A stretch of 64,000 bases of DNA. It comes from Azolla caroliniana (lineage: Eukaryota; Plantae; Polypodiophyta). A model generated the notes under the pieces. That model saw only the letters and a list, made by a program, of their open reading frames with translations, was not told where the DNA came from and did no database searches. This document shows, piece by piece, positions 47,965 to 62,791 of this stretch. The stretch covers positions 6,510,001 to 6,574,000 of the forward strand of contig JBHGNT010000011.1 of NCBI GenBank assembly GCA_043228905.1. Direction: 5' to 3'. The stretch's first letter is position 1, and every line of letters starts with the position of its first letter. The position numbers were made by a program, and so were the translations under genes.

Positions 47965-50900
47965 TTGCACTACGTAGAACTAGCATTTTAATTTATAAAG
48001 TTACATAAGAAATCTCTCTAGTTGTCATTTGTGAGAGATTGGAAATCACAAGATATGGTGAAATATGTGTTGACATGAATATCAGTAGTTTGTTTTGTTT
48101 AATCTTATGCTTAGTTTGAGAATTTCTGAAAGTTCTGTTTTAGTTTTGTAAATGAGGAAAGAAATCCATATGTTTCTTTAATTTGATTGATTGAATAATG
48201 GCAATTGTTTGTGGGGTCATAATGAACTTTCCCACATTTTTCTTTTTACTATTATGTTACCTTTTCATCCAGAAAAAGTTTGGACCATTCACCCTCAAAA
48301 GAAAAGATTTTGTGCTTGGATTGTGAAAGAAATAAGTTTTCCAATAGAAAGACCTGAAGAACCAATCAAACTTATAAGAATCTCTGTTAAAACATCCCAA
48401 AGTTTGTTAGAGACTGCAAACGGAATCATGCATTGGGATTGTAGATTGCTTGTCTCTTTAGTGAGAATTGGTGCTGAATGTTAACTTTCATTATTTGAGC
48501 AAATCACCTATCTGGTATGTGAAGCATCAAAACAATTATAGTGCTTGCAATTCGAGGGGAAAAGCAATGAAGTAGCTCTCAAGGATGGGAAGTTTAGATA
48601 CATACTAATGTGGGGATATTGGTATTGAAGTTGGTGTCAAAAAATATATTCCATTCAATAGTATGGTTTCATGTGACAGTTTGTGCAATGTCAAAAGCAA
48701 GGACGAAAAACTTCAGATTGCTTGTAACGAACAGTGTGTACATCATATCACTATTTGAAGAAGCTTTCACATCATATAATTATTTGAATAAGATTTTGAG
48801 GATAGAACAAGATCTTTCAAAGAATATTTAATCAAGATATACAATGTCAGAGAAATTTGAGGATTGAAAATATAGTGCCAAGATGATTTCCCATGTCAAG
48901 AGTAAGGACTCCAACTATCAAATGGCATGTGATGCATGTATGCTTTATACCCTGGTTTGTTCTCCTATGAATGTTAAAAAGCTATCTATCAAAAATTTGG
49001 ATCCTTGTAATACTGATTGGCCCAGCCACTTTAGTAAATTTGATGATGGCCCACTTCCTTTCTCTAGTATCCACTCCTACCCTTGTTGCCCATTGTAACA
49101 CACATCAATCTAGTTTTTGATGAATGGAATCTACATTTTAAAGTAGTTTCTTAACATAAACCAATATTTGATGTCTTTTTTAGAGCTTTTTGGTCTAGCA
49201 ATACTAATTTTAATTGGGTCTAAGTTTGTTGCCTCAAAATTAACACATTGTGCACGGAAATTGAGGAGGTGAAAAGGTAAAGTAAAAGGAGGTACATATG
49301 TCTCTTGATAATTGAAGAAAGAAAACATAAAATTAGAGGAAATAAGAGAAAGGTAAGGGCATAATATGAAGAAGTGTGGTTCTTCATCATCAAGATACAA
49401 AGAAATATACGGGATGTTCAAATTGATTGTGACAATGAGTTCGGTAGTGGAGGCACAGGGGTTTGATAGGACAAATACAGCCCTATATTTTATTCTTGTT
49501 TATATCAAATTCTCTTTATATAAGAAAACATGCCACATCATCATATATAATTTATGTTGTTACTGCTATTTTTATCTTGTTAGGTCATTTGAAAAGTGAT
49601 ACGAATGATTGGAAGCAATTGTTTGATTGTGAAAGCTACTTCCCCCACATTAATTTCTCCTCCATCTTATTATATGACTTGCGAATTAACATTGTTTGCT
49701 TCTCATCACGTGTTTTGGTTCACCAACTTTCAATCCCACACATTATTGTACATTTGAAGTCTCAAAATTGTATTATTATCCATGCTAACTTAATGAAACC
49801 TATTGCATGTGGACATGAAATAGCTCAAAGCATTGGTTTTATAAGTAGGTTGATAAAATATATGGTTCATAGTTCACATAACTACAACATTAGGAAGAAA
49901 AGTTTTAGCCTTCCAGTTTATAATTGCAAGATGGATGATTGCAAAATGAATGCGAAAAGATGGTTAGTGATCACATGTCTTTAGGTTAAGCATACCATGT
50001 TGTACTCAAAGTGACCAAATTTTCCAATGTCATTAGGTAAGTGAGCTTGCTATACCACATCAACGTGAAATAGATTCGTAAGGTATACATAGGATTCTAC
50101 AAGCTACAAAACACTACACCCTAGTTTGAAACTATACAATTTAGGCATGAGTAGGAAGTGTTTAACATCTTAGTGGCATTCCCCCTTATTGATGAAACAC
50201 AATGGTTTCCACCATAAATGTTCCATGTTGCTTGGTCCTTATGATTGTGGCATACATTAGTAAAGAGTCCTTTTTGGGAGGGTGAATGCGCTTGTCTTCC
50301 CCATCTTTAATTGGCACTATTTTGATGACCAAGTCCAGTTTATGTGAGGAAGTTTCAAAAATGTGTTGAAGTACTTGTTACAATTTTCCATCATCACAAT
50401 ATGAAATGGTGTTACATGTTAATGTTGATATTTGTCTACCTCTAGATCTTCAAATATTTGAAAACATCGTGGTCTCATACAAATTGGTAATACTTGGTCT
50501 GCGATCTTTAAAAAATATGCACTTTTTAGAGCCCTCTAGAATTGTGATATGTTTAAGTTTGAGATGTAAACATAGGACACAATATTCACAAATGATTGTG
50601 TGCAATCACATGTAGATCTACCATAATTCTCAAAAGTCTAAACTATTCAACAATTCCAACCTAATCTTGAACCTTTGAAGAATTTTGAATAATAGAAATG
50701 ACTTCTTGTCAACCTATAGCAAGTAGGCATCTATTGGGGAACTTTTGAGTTGATGTATGGAGGCAAAGTTCTCTCGAGTCTCACACCACAATTCCAAATT
50801 GAGCCATCCCTTGGTGCTTTGGATTTGTCTCATAAAGATATCTAGATGGTAGGTTATATAGGATCAATTTGGGTCATGTGGGAGTGATGTTAGAGAAACT

Positions 50901-53311
50901 GTAAGGCTAACATTTTGATGCAAAATGACAAAGGAGAGATATTGTCCAATATACATGTAGTAGGCCAACATATCCCAAAAGAGATTTGCGCATATTGATT
51001 TTTTACTACTTTATTGACAATGGGATATGCTCTATAGAAAATATTGGGTGCATGAACAACCGGATTCTAACTCCACTACATAGTTGCACAATGTGTGATA
51101 GGTCAGTCACGTGGAGATTAAAGTTGTAGAGTTGATAAGTTCTTTAACAAGCATTATTAGGATTGATGAAGTAAATTAGTGAATAGCACTTGCTTTAATC
51201 CATGCACTTAATTGAGAGCTCTCTAAGTTTTTCCCAATCAACTGAAGTATTAAATTATTGACTAAATGTTAACCATTTTGTTACATTATTGTATAAACAC
51301 TAGATATTGGGGATAGGTATGTTGTTGCTCGAAACAAGCTTATATAAACACTAATATTGACTTGATGCTAAATATACACATGCCTAATGGTTTGTTTTTC
51401 AAACATGATGACCAAGTTTGCAATTTGTCCATATGTGTTTATAGTGACAATGTTAGCTATTTTTAACCCAAGTCCTCCATTTAGTTAGAAATCTAATATA
51501 CACATGTATGCATGCATGAATTGTTGCATTTGTTTTCAAGGATGTTGTCAACAACGTTGTGAATTTGTCCATCTATGAACCAATCAAGGGCCAAGAGTTT
51601 GTTTGTCGCATCATCATATCTCATTGTGCATTATCATATATTTTGTAAGCCTAGATATTTAATGTGCCATGAGAATTTGAAAGCAAGCACCTCTGTGCTC
51701 ACTCATATGTTGCATGTTTTCACCAAATCATGTTTCTGTTTTTTGTTTTTGCATGTTTTCACCAAATCCTTAAGTGTGTTCCAATTATGTGCATGTATTT
51801 TGTGTATGTATCCTTAATGAGTGTGAATGGGGATGTGGAAAAGCAAGAATACGATTGTGGGAAAAAAACTATACCTTTCAAGCCTTATGAAAGGCTTGAA
51901 AGGTATAGGACAATTTAAACATGCAACAACAAAGAACCTCTACATTGCATTATGAGACGAGGCAAAATGAGAAATATAATTCACATGGCTTTTATCATCA
52001 CCATCAAGTGACCAATGAAGAATAACTATGTGTTTCCTAATCCTAGAACTTAATAATAAGGAAGAGATAAAGGTGAGCATGACTAAGGTTGGAATTGAGT
52101 TGATATTGCGAGGGAAAGTAAAGAGAGGTTTCTCAGGTAGTATTTCTAGTGTTTGGCTAGGTGTAGTTTTGATATTATGAAAAATACCAAGTGTACGATG
52201 CCCAAATACAAGGGATGCAGTAATCGCAATGTTAATTCACAATATGAGCACTGTTAATTACATTAAACTAGCATCTATGACTATTGTTGTACCCAACATT
52301 GTCATTTGATCACAATGCTAATTACTTTTTAGTACATTGGTAGCTATGCTAATCATATTATTAATTATTTTGATTACACCTCTAATCACTATAATTAGAA
52401 TGATAATTAATCCAATAACATCAAACTAATAACTTGAATTAGGATATTAATAACTGCACCAATATCTATGTTAGTTACATTATTACCCCTTTAATTTTTT
52501 CCTTGCCAAATTATATGGGTGCCAATATAATTCCTAATAAATAGCCCATAGTTAAGTATGCAAACTCTCTACGAAACAAAGGAACAAAGTTGACATCGTA
52601 TCAAGTGTCAATACTCCGTTACATGTGTCGATACTCAACATTATTCTTGGGAATGCTACCATGGTAAACGATAAAATATTTCATGTCATGGAAGAATATT
52701 GCACTTTTGAGTGTGTTACAGTGACCACTATGTCATGAGGATCCAAATTCCTTGTAAAAAAACAATAACATAGAAACTTATTATATGTTTCTGACGTGCA
52801 TCGAAGCGAGGAAAGAGAGATGATAAACAATTTTGGTCAAGATGCATAAACGATGATGCTTTAAAGTGGTTGCATAACAGATAGATGCAAATGAATACTT
52901 TTGTTGTCACATCTTATGGGCTATATACCATACAAGTTTTCAAGGTTCGTGTAGATTAATGTGCCGCTTACATGGAGAATCCCAGCACGTGTACTTATAT
53001 ATGTTGCAAATGATGACGAGGCATGTTGGAGCCCTCGTCGAGAGAGGTGAAAGGTTGGAGCTTATTTCCATATTGGATATAGCAGGCTACTAGTCTACTA
53101 AGCTCATCATGAAGGAAATGATTGTTTCAAGATCTAGTTTTTCACTCTCTTAACATTTATGGCAACGTAAATGATAAAGGCCACATTTTATCTTATCATA
53201 TGCGCCCCTGCGCCAAAGGTAAGACATGTACTCATGTAAATAAAAGCGGAGAAAGTGAGAGGCATTAGTACGATATGGTAGGGTTTATGTTGTGCATGAA
53301 TGCCATAAGTC

Positions 53312-53313
<2 letters not shown>

Positions 53314-53362
<49 letters not shown>

Positions 53363-53980
53363 TGTGTGTCAATTGTCATGCATTGTTTGTCACCCCATAA
53401 TATACATACTTCCAATTTATGTGAAGCTCTTTCACATACAAGAATTTCCACATATTTACAATGAGGTTATGTATGTGGCATTGCTTGATATAGCGTGTGA
53501 TGCGTTTCTTAGACCTCACGAAACAGACTGGGAGTTAGTTTATGATGTTGTAACGATTATCCATAACAAAGAACTTGATGTTGTAACTACTATTCATAAT
53601 GAACAACGTGAAAGGGGTTCACAACGACACGTGTAGCTAACCGAGCTTTGTTTTAGTGATGATGGTTCTTGTTTCTAACAAAGGCCTTTTATCATTATTA
53701 TCGGTTTGCGGATTTTCGAAGGGTATTCATAAGCGAAAACTTGTTTTATCTACATGACCAGGTAGTCTAGCGTGGGACAAATTAGAGGTGATCAATTTCA
53801 AGAATACCAAAAGGCGAGCAGAGAACAAGTTGTGAGACGTTCGATAAGAAGGAAAGGCTCTTGTGTTGTCATTACGGATCACATTGGTAGGTAGGTATCA
53901 AATGACTTAAAAAAATCAAGAGGAGTTTGCGCAATCACAACTCGCCACACCCGATACACGCACCCACCCACGCGCGTGCA

Positions 53981-54029
<49 letters not shown>

Positions 54030-54211
54030 CAAAAGGAAAAGGAAAGGAAAAGGAAGTTATATATGTATGTATTTATGTATACATAGAGTAGGTATGTATA
54101 ATGTACATATGTATGCACTTAGGGTTGTGTGAACTTAGGGTTGTGTGAACAGGTGTTCCCCAGGAATTCCATGACTTAAAAAAAAACAGACTTCCCCATC
54201 AAAGCGACTTC

Positions 54212-54243
<32 letters not shown>

Positions 54244-54314
54244 GTCAGAAAGACACAGGTCATCCATCATCCATCATCCATCATCCATCGCCTTCCTCTC
54301 TCTCTCTCTCTCTC
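53314..54314. repeat. Microsatellite cluster: (TG)n 53314-53369, (CA)n ~53986-54025 and ~54212-54239, (CATC)n, (CT)n
   Basis: Read directly; lies upstream of the ZPR-like gene. Confidence 0.95.
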
Positions 54315-54464
54315 TTCACCATCTTCGTCTTCATCTCCTGTCTGTCTGGTTTTCCACACAGATATGGCTTCTATGCAATTTATGCATCTATCACCGCTAT
54401 AAGCTATAATCTATATACATATATATTATCAATTGCAAGAACGACTGAATTGGCATGTGTTCAC

Positions 54465-56083
54465 ATGAATCTAAGCAATGGCAAGCCCAGCTTGGCATCT
54501 CCATCTCCATCTCCATCTCCATCTCCATCTCCTGAGAAGAAGATCATATTCGAGCTCAGTGAGCAACAATGGCGTGAGCTTGAAGATCTATTCCTTGTCT
54601 ACCCTCGCCCTACCTCTGCTCACATCCATGGCTTCCTCCAAGCTCGTCCTTCTCTCTCATCCTTGGATCTAGAATTCCTCACAGATTGGTTTTCGGCCCG
54701 GAGGTACGCATCGACTAGGAAATGTAGCGTTATACTGCTTAGAAATGCTGAATATATAAACACAAATCCGAATTGTTTCGTGGAAACTCTGGTTATTATC
54801 TCTGATTGGAAACGTTTGAACGTTTCTCCTTGGAATTCGAGAGATATAGAGTGAAAGAGACCTCCACTGTCCATCGTAAAAAAATAAAAACGCCGTGCTT
54901 TCTGCAGACAAATCATCCATGATAACTTGCAAGGATTTATCTATGCTCATATGTGCGGATTTATTTAACTTTTTATGGAGATTCATTTTCCTATGGTTCT
55001 TGGGAACGCATAATGTTTTCCTGCTTTTAGATTTGATCATCACACGCACTATCACACAAGAGCTTTCTTTCTCCATGGCTTCAGCGTTGTAAGCAACCAA
55101 GATCACTCCAGGGTCTTCACCCATGTCTCTCCATGCTATCTGCAGAGAATTGAACTAGTGAGGAAATTTCAAGGCGTTATGTTGCAAGGCGTCATCTTCA
55201 TAATCAACCATGGTTTTTGCAGAGAAGATCAATGTCTTCGAAGAAGGTGAAACATATTCACACTACGTAATCAGTAAAGGTGTGTACATAAAGCACCGAG
55301 ACATCCTCCAAAAAAGCTGTGAATCCATTCGCAACAGTCATCTTGGTGCTTATGAAATGAGGCCTGCATAGAATCAACATAATGTGTTTGAATGTGTACG
55401 TATTAAGCATTGCAACGTTCTATAGAAAGAAGACTTTGTAGGAATGCTAGTAAAGTTGAAGCCTGCAAAAAGGCTAAATAATCTGTGCATATGCGGGTAC
55501 ATAAAACCTTGAAACTTACTCAGAAGAGCCCTGGATCAGTTCTTTGCAGACATCATGGTTGTTCATGGAGGTCAAGCCCGTAATCTGCACTAATAAAGCC
55601 TCTACAACTGAAGTGAAAGCATGAGACACAGCATTATTAATACAAAATGAACAGAAGAAATTTATACTTTTGATACATGTATGAGTTTAACGCAATAACT
55701 TATAGGGACATCTTTTCTTTTGCAGGTCGAAACAGAGAAGAGAAGAACATCTCTCTTCTATGATCCACATGAATGTAAAGCTCCAAGCTGAGCAATACTC
55801 TCTTCTTCTTCGGAATAGGGAGCTTCGTAGCCACACTATGGTTCTCAACATCGAAAATCAGCAATTGAAGAAACAGTTGGTTATGCAGTCTTTGAGAAAT
55901 TTACATCCTGCAGCAACTTCATCTACTCCATCATCGTCGTCATCGTTAACATTTGAAGAAGGTCGTAATGGTAGTTCTGAAAATGAAGAGGTTTGTAAAT
56001 TTTATTTTATTGTTACAAGAATTTTTGCATTCATGAGTTCTGATAATGAACCTGTGTATTCAATTTGTTTCCAGAAATGTTAG
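54465..56083 (+). CDS. ZPR: LITTLE ZIPPER-like protein with a degenerate HD-ZIP III homeodomain and leucine zipper. Exons 54465-54703, 55726-55990 and probably 56075-56083; ~170 aa
   Basis: LSEQQWRELEDLFLVYPRPTSAHIHGFLQARPSLSSLDLEFLTDWFSARR|SKQRREEHLSSMIHMNVKLQAEQYSLLLRNRELRSHTMVLNIENQQLKKQL aligns by eye without gaps to the HD-ZIP III N-terminus. Phase-2 intron in the RR codon. Start codon and last exon are uncertain. Confidence 0.75.
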
Positions 56084-57467
56084 AATGAACTGTTTGATGA
56101 GATATAATCTTGAAATGAAGGAGGTTGATAGGAGTACTGAAAGTGAAAGAGGTGCTAAATGAGTTCGTTTACGAGATTGGTTATTTATTTAATGATATCT
56201 AAAATTGCAATTGAAGCACGTTCTATGTGCTAATCCAAGGACTGCTATATTTGTTGTTTACATGAATAACTGCATTAGCTGTTGAAATCTGATCTTGAAA
56301 AATATGGTATGACATGGTGTTGCCCTTGCTTTACTGATGGAACTGATTGAAACCATTGACTTCAGCATGTAGTTTGGACATTGGTTTTGATGAGGTATTT
56401 CTTTGAAGTTTGTTTTCTATCACTTTATAATAGTCTGCATAAAATATGGAAACTTCAGTTTCTTCAAGTTCTTGCGTTCTTACAAGTGACATGCAGGCAT
56501 TTGTTGAAGCTCTGAAGCATTTCTCACTTAATCTAGAGGACATTGCAGGTTGATCTGGGCTGGAGCAGTGATGGTGATTCATACAGCTCCTCATAGTTGA
56601 TTCCAGCCAGTAGTCTACAACAATTTGAGTATAATATTCCCCTGCATTGAGAAAACGTTTCATATTTGCAAATAGAAAATGGATTATGATATTTAGATCA
56701 TCATCTTCAATAACACCATAACACCTTGTGTAAAGTTGAATTCAAAGATCCAAATTTAGCTATTATTAGGGTTCACACACCTTGAATTGAGTGACCCAAA
56801 TGAACTAATATGAGTGTTTGCATCCATATTCATGTCTCTATGAGCATAGGACTACGTTGGTATGGATGGGGCATGTCATTTGAACCTATAGATGTATGAA
56901 ATCAAGACCTTTTGCTAGTACTCTTGTTGCTTACCACCATGTCAATTATGATATGTGAGTAAGAAAGTTTTATTTTATTTAATTTCAAAATATGCAGACA
57001 TCCATAGTTCCCTTTACTTCACCCATTAATTCATGTAACCAACATCTCTATGGGCTTATCTTCTGTTCACGTATCATGAGTTCACAAATGGCGACATTTT
57101 TTTAACTTGGAAACTTCAACCCCCTTTAGAAAGACCAATAAAAGAGAGATGGAGTTAGTGTGCGAGAGTCCGTTTAATTCAATGCATTGACAAGACAGTA
57201 ACAGAATAAGTATACATGTGGTATAAATTTGAAGGGAGATTGGAGCTATAGCATACGAAGTTGGCTCATTGCACCATTGACAACGCTTGTTAAAGAGTGA
57301 ACACACTCTTTACTTCAACCCAATCCGTAAGAACAAGAGAACCTTGGTAGAATCTGGTATACTTCGGTCAAGCGCATATAGATGGCCAAATCTTGCTCAA
57401 ACTCATAAACTGTTGCACTTGTACTCAACATTTTGTTGGGACTATCCATGCAATCCATTAGATCCTT

Positions 57468-60400
57468 CTTTGAGAATCAAGCTCAACATAGTACAACATG
57501 TGAACACACCTTTTGAGAATCCATGATTACTCAAAAGTCAAGAGTCACACCACTACTCTCTACACATTAACTATGTGTCATAGAATCATATTCTATGACA
57601 CATAACTAATGAGTTACATATTCCCCATGACTATGAGTCTTCACATTCCCCAAGAGAGAGTGGTTGGTGTAGTTAGTTAATGAAGAGAGAGGGTGACTAT
57701 ATATAAAACACCCTTCTCCTATTTCATACTAAGTCGATTGTGAATCCTTGTTATGCTGCATTTTGTAAATCTTATTCTACTTGTGAAATACACACCTTCT
57801 TGAGTATTCTATTTTCCTCTCATTTATCTATCTTGACTTCTCTTTTATCTCCTCTCTTTTTCTCTCACACATATACGCACATAACGCACATATATTCCGC
57901 TGCACAAGAATCACCATTGATTCTTTACATGGTATCAGAGCGATTTGGTAGCTAAATCTAACCCACTCGCCTCATCATGATCGTGTGTTTGCTCTACGCC
58001 AACGTTCAAGAAGAACCGGCTCATCGCTATCGTAGTACCACTACATAGCTCGTGTTCGAGAGAGAAGGAAAAGAAGAAAGGAAGCTTAATCGACAATGAA
58101 TACGCAAATGGGGAGCGCTCTCCCTAGCGAGAAGTTGGACCGAAACAACTTCACATCTTGGGAGTACAAGATGCACCAATACCTTGTCGGCCAAGGCTAT
58201 TGGGGTTACATCAAGGGAGCACAAGAAAACCAACCCAGCCCGAAAGACGTTGACTATGCAACTTGGGAGCATGCGGCAAGCCGAGTGAGGTATTGCTTGG
58301 CGACATGTGTTCATGACCACATGCTCGGCTACATTTGAGAAGCCGAAACGCCAAAGGAAGTGTGGGAGAATCTATGAAAGATTTTCGCCACCAACACAAT
58401 CGCGAGAAAGCTTCAACTCCGCCAAGAGTTAAACAACATCCAACAATGGGATATGTCCATCACGAGCTACACCTTGAAGCTCAAGGAGCATTGTGACTCG
58501 CTCGGCTCGATAAGCGTCAACGTGGAGGATGACGAAATGGTGCAAATATGCCTCGGCTGCCTTGCGCCACGGTTCGGCGCGATGCGGACCGCCGTACTAG
58601 CATGGGAGAATCCTCCCTCTTTCTTCAATCTTCAATCCATGTTGTTGGTCGCCACATGCTCTACACGCATTCAGATGGAGGAAGAGGATGCGACCGTGCA
58701 AGTAGAGGCTGATTCGGCCAAGGACGAGGCGGATGAGGCCCGACTTACGAAAACAACTTGCAATTTCGGCATTAAGATGGAAGCCATGGAGGAACCTTCA
58801 GAAGAAGGGGGAGCTTCCATACCGGTCCGAGCTGACAAAACTCGATCGAATGCGGATATTGCGGCAAAATCGGCCACCACGAAGAAGAGTGCCGAAAGAA
58901 GATGCACGGTCAGCTTCTAGTAGTCAACAACTAATCAGTTACGCTACCAATTCCGACTATGACGATCGTGGTGGAATGTTCGTAATGAGATATAGAGAAA
59001 ATTCTATGTCGGCCTCTACTTCAACTCTACGTGCCTCCGGTCCGGAAGAAGTATGGTTCGTCGACTCTAGTGCTTCGAATCATATGACGTCTCATCAAGG
59101 ATGGTTCCGAGAACTTCGAGAGCCGGACCGACCCAACTATGTCGAAACTGGAGACGACACTACGCATCCGATTTGACACATCGGCAATGTCCCATTTGGC
59201 AAAGAAGGTAACCAAACTTTTATTAAAATTTTCTTGCATGTACCAACCATTACAAAGAATGCGGTCTCCGCCGGCCAAATTGTTGAGCAAGGGATGTAAG
59301 TACAATTTAATCAAGGCGGTTGCTTCATCAAAAAAGAAGGCCAACTCATCGCTCGCAGGTGAAGAGAGGGCCGAATGTTCATTCTCGAATCGCACGAGAT
59401 GAAATCGGCCATGTTCGCAAAGGGCACGAAAGTCGATTCCGACATAGAGTTATGGCACAAGCGGATTGGCCATATCAACCTCCAAAAGCTCAAGGCAATG
59501 CAATTGAAAGGAGTCGTCATCGGGCTCCCGACATTCAAGGAGAAAGAGATTGAAGGCGTGTGTGCCGCTTGCCAATTCGGCAAGCAACATCGGCACCCAT
59601 TTCCGAAGGAGCGGAACGTGAGCAAAGGCATACTAGACGTAATTCATTCCGATGTATGGGGTCCAACTCAGATGGCTACATTCGGCGGATGCCGATACTA
59701 CGTGGCCTTCATCGATGACTTCTCCAGGCACACCTGGATCTACCCCATGTGGCAAAAGAGCGAAGTGTTCGGACACTTCCAAAAATTTAAGAATGAAGTA
59801 GAGAAAGCCACGGTCCGACATGTACGATGCCTTCGATCAGATGCAGGCAAGGAATATTTCTCGGATGAGTTTATGACATATCTATGGAAAGAAGGAATTC
59901 AGCGACAGTTTTTGTGTCGACATATGCCACAACAAAATGGAGTGGCCGAACGAAAGAATGAGCACATCCTTGAAGTAGCATGGGCCATGATAAACGAAAA
60001 GCATGTGCCGAAGTCGTACTGGGCAAAAGCGGCTAACATGGACGTATACCTCATGAATCAGTGTACAACATCGGGTGTGCACAAACCTACTCCGGATGAG
60101 AAGTTTTTCAGAAAGAAGCCGAACCTATCACATGTTCGGATATTCGTCTCCATTGCGTACGTGCACATCCTCGACGAGAAGCAACAAAAGCTAGACCCAA
60201 AGTCAGAGAAATGTATCCTCGTAGGATACTCACTGGAGCAAAAAGGGTACAAGTGCTATAACACCTCAACTCGAAAATCTCGAGTAAGTTAAGACGTCAT
60301 TTTTGACGAGTCTGCATCCTGGTACGCACCAGAGACAACTTCAACTCCGATTCCGCTCGAACCGGAATCCGACGAAATAGAGATTGAAGCCGACAAGTTC

Positions 60401-62672
60401 GAAGAAAGGCCGATTATGACAAGGCTTAGTGGACCACAAGAGCCTCCGAGCGATCAAAGCACATCTCGGCTGAGTCCGAAGCTGGACAAAGGGAAGGCGA
60501 AAATGCCGGAGTATGAAGATGACCACTTTCACGACAATGAATCAACTCACTCCCTCGATAGTGAGTTCGACGGCCTTCACATCCAGTCAAATGGAGTGAA
60601 GAAAGCCTTAGTATCCGTAAACGAGAAGCTCTGCCGATCCACTCATGAAAAGAATCCTGTAAGCCGATTCGGCTACAACGATTATATGGCGTACCATTAC
60701 GCCTTTATGATGAAGGTAGCGACAGTACGGGAGTCGAAAACCTTTTCCGAAGCCGTGAAGGACCCGCAATGGGTCAAAGCAATGAACGAGGAGATGCGGG
60801 CACTTTGCAAGAATGAAACATGGGATCTCGTTCCCCACTCACCACACAAGAAGACGATCGGTTGCAGATGGATCTACAAGGTGAAGTATAATGCCGACGG
60901 CTCTGTAAACTGCGACAAAGCTCGACTCGTAGCGAAAGGATACGCACAAACATATGGAGTCGACTACGAAGAGACATTTGCCCTGATGACAAAGATGAGG
61001 ACTGTGCGGACTGTGATCGCACTCGCAACGGCGAAAGGGTGGCACCTCCACCAAATGGACGTCAAGAACGCCTTTCTTCAAGGCGAATTAGAAGAGGAGG
61101 TGTACATGGTACAACCACCCGGCTTCGAATCCAACATTCATCCGAAACCCATATGTCAACTCAAGAAGCCTCTCTACAGCCTCAAGCAAGCACCACGTGC
61201 TTGGCATTCGAAGATTACGCAATATCTTCATCAAATCGGCTTTCGAATGTCGAAATCTGACAACTCCATCTACGTACGAAACTTTCTCCTCGATTATCAT
61301 CATCCTAAACGTGGATGATCTGGTCATTGGAGGAGAAAGTTTAGTCGATATCAACAAGATGAAATCCCTCCTCTCCAACAAATTCGAGATGACGGACATG
61401 AAGGAACTTCATTAGTTCCTAGGCATTGAAGTAATTCGGATTCCGACCAGCATTATGATTTCTCAACGACACTACATTCTCAACTTGTTATACAAGTTCG
61501 GGATGACAGAGTGCAAATCTCTGTCAACCCCTCTCGATCGAAACCTCAAACTAGATGCTGACTCCGGCACAGACGAGTGCGAGCCAACTCAATATCGACA
61601 ATTGATCGGGAGCCTCATCTATGTCACGATCACGCGACCCGACCTAACCTATCTAGTCGTCCTCCTTAGCCAATGCATGCAAACTCCGCAAGATATCCAT
61701 TTCGATTGCGCTAAGCAAGTATTACGATATGTGAGCAGCACAATGGATTACAACATCCTCTATGCATCGGCCAAACCAATTCGACTCGAAGGGTACACTG
61801 ATCCTGATTGGGCCGGCTATAGAGCGGATCAACGATTGACCTCCGGATTTGTCTCCTCGCTTGGTAGCGGAGCAATATCTTAGAGTAGTAAAAAGCAGCC
61901 TACTATCGCACTTTCGAGTACGGAGGCCGAATACAGGGGCGCAACCATAGCTGCATGTGAAGCTGTATGGCTCAAGAGGATTTTGAAGGATCTGGGCATT
62001 CCCATCAAAGATCTGACTCCCATTTATTGCAACAACATGAGCAATATATATCTGGCTCGGAACCCAGTGTTCCACGCATGCACAAAGCATATCTAAGTGC
62101 ACTACCACTTCATTCGAGAGCGTGTTCAGGCCGGAGATGTTGATCTTCTACACATCAACACGAATCTTCAGACAACCGACATCTTCACCAAGGCCCTAGG
62201 AGCTGACAAGCTTCGGCAATTCGTGTCAGACCTTGGATTGACGATCCCTGACTTGCCAAGCTTGAGGGGGAGTACAAGCGAGAACGGATACCGTCCGAAC
62301 TGGGTACAAGCCGAAACGGACATCGGAGATCATCCGAACCGGATACCAGCCGAAGCGGACATCAATCGAAAGGAACCAACCCAAGTTGAGCTTGAGGGGG
62401 CGTGTTGAGAATCAAGCTCAACATAGTACAACATGTGAACACACCTTTTGAGAATCCATGATCACTCAAAGGTCAGGAGTCACACCACTACTCTCTACAC
62501 ATTAACTATGTGTCATAAAATCATATTCTATGACACATAACTAATCAGTTACATATTCCCCATGACTATGAGTCTTCCCATTCCCCAAGAGAGAGTGGTT
62601 GTTGTAGTTAGTTAATGAAGAGAGAGGGTGACTATACATATATAAAGCACCCTTCTCCTACTTCCTACTAAG
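57468..62672 (+). mobile_element. Near full-length degenerate Ty1/copia element
   Basis: 5' LTR ~57468-57929, PBS TGGTATCAGAGC (tRNA-iMet) at 57930, gag-PR-IN-RT-RH fragments 58096-62408, PPT TTGAGGGGGCG, and 3' LTR 62403-62672 cut by a later insertion. Confidence 0.95.
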
Positions 62673-62791
62673 TGTTGAGAAATCATTCATTCAAATCACA
62701 ATAAGCGAACTATGCTGAAATACGAATCACAGATATGCAAGAAAACAGGACAACAATGGTGTACAGAGATTTAACGTGGAAACCTGAACAC
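62673..62791 (-). mobile_element. U5 end of another LTR inserted into the copia 3' LTR
   Basis: Starts TGTTGAG exactly where LTR-LTR similarity stops. Minus strand carries a GGTTTCCACGTTAAAT motif. Confidence 0.6.

Noticed and set aside
48100-53200. Decayed DNA transposon (faint hAT-like LSHIVQL on the minus strand near 51090)
   Set aside because: A single weak motif with no termini; cannot be supported by eye.
57288-57430. 143-bp TG...CA mini solo LTR
   Set aside because: Flanks ACGCT and TTTTG do not match, and there is no second copy in the window.
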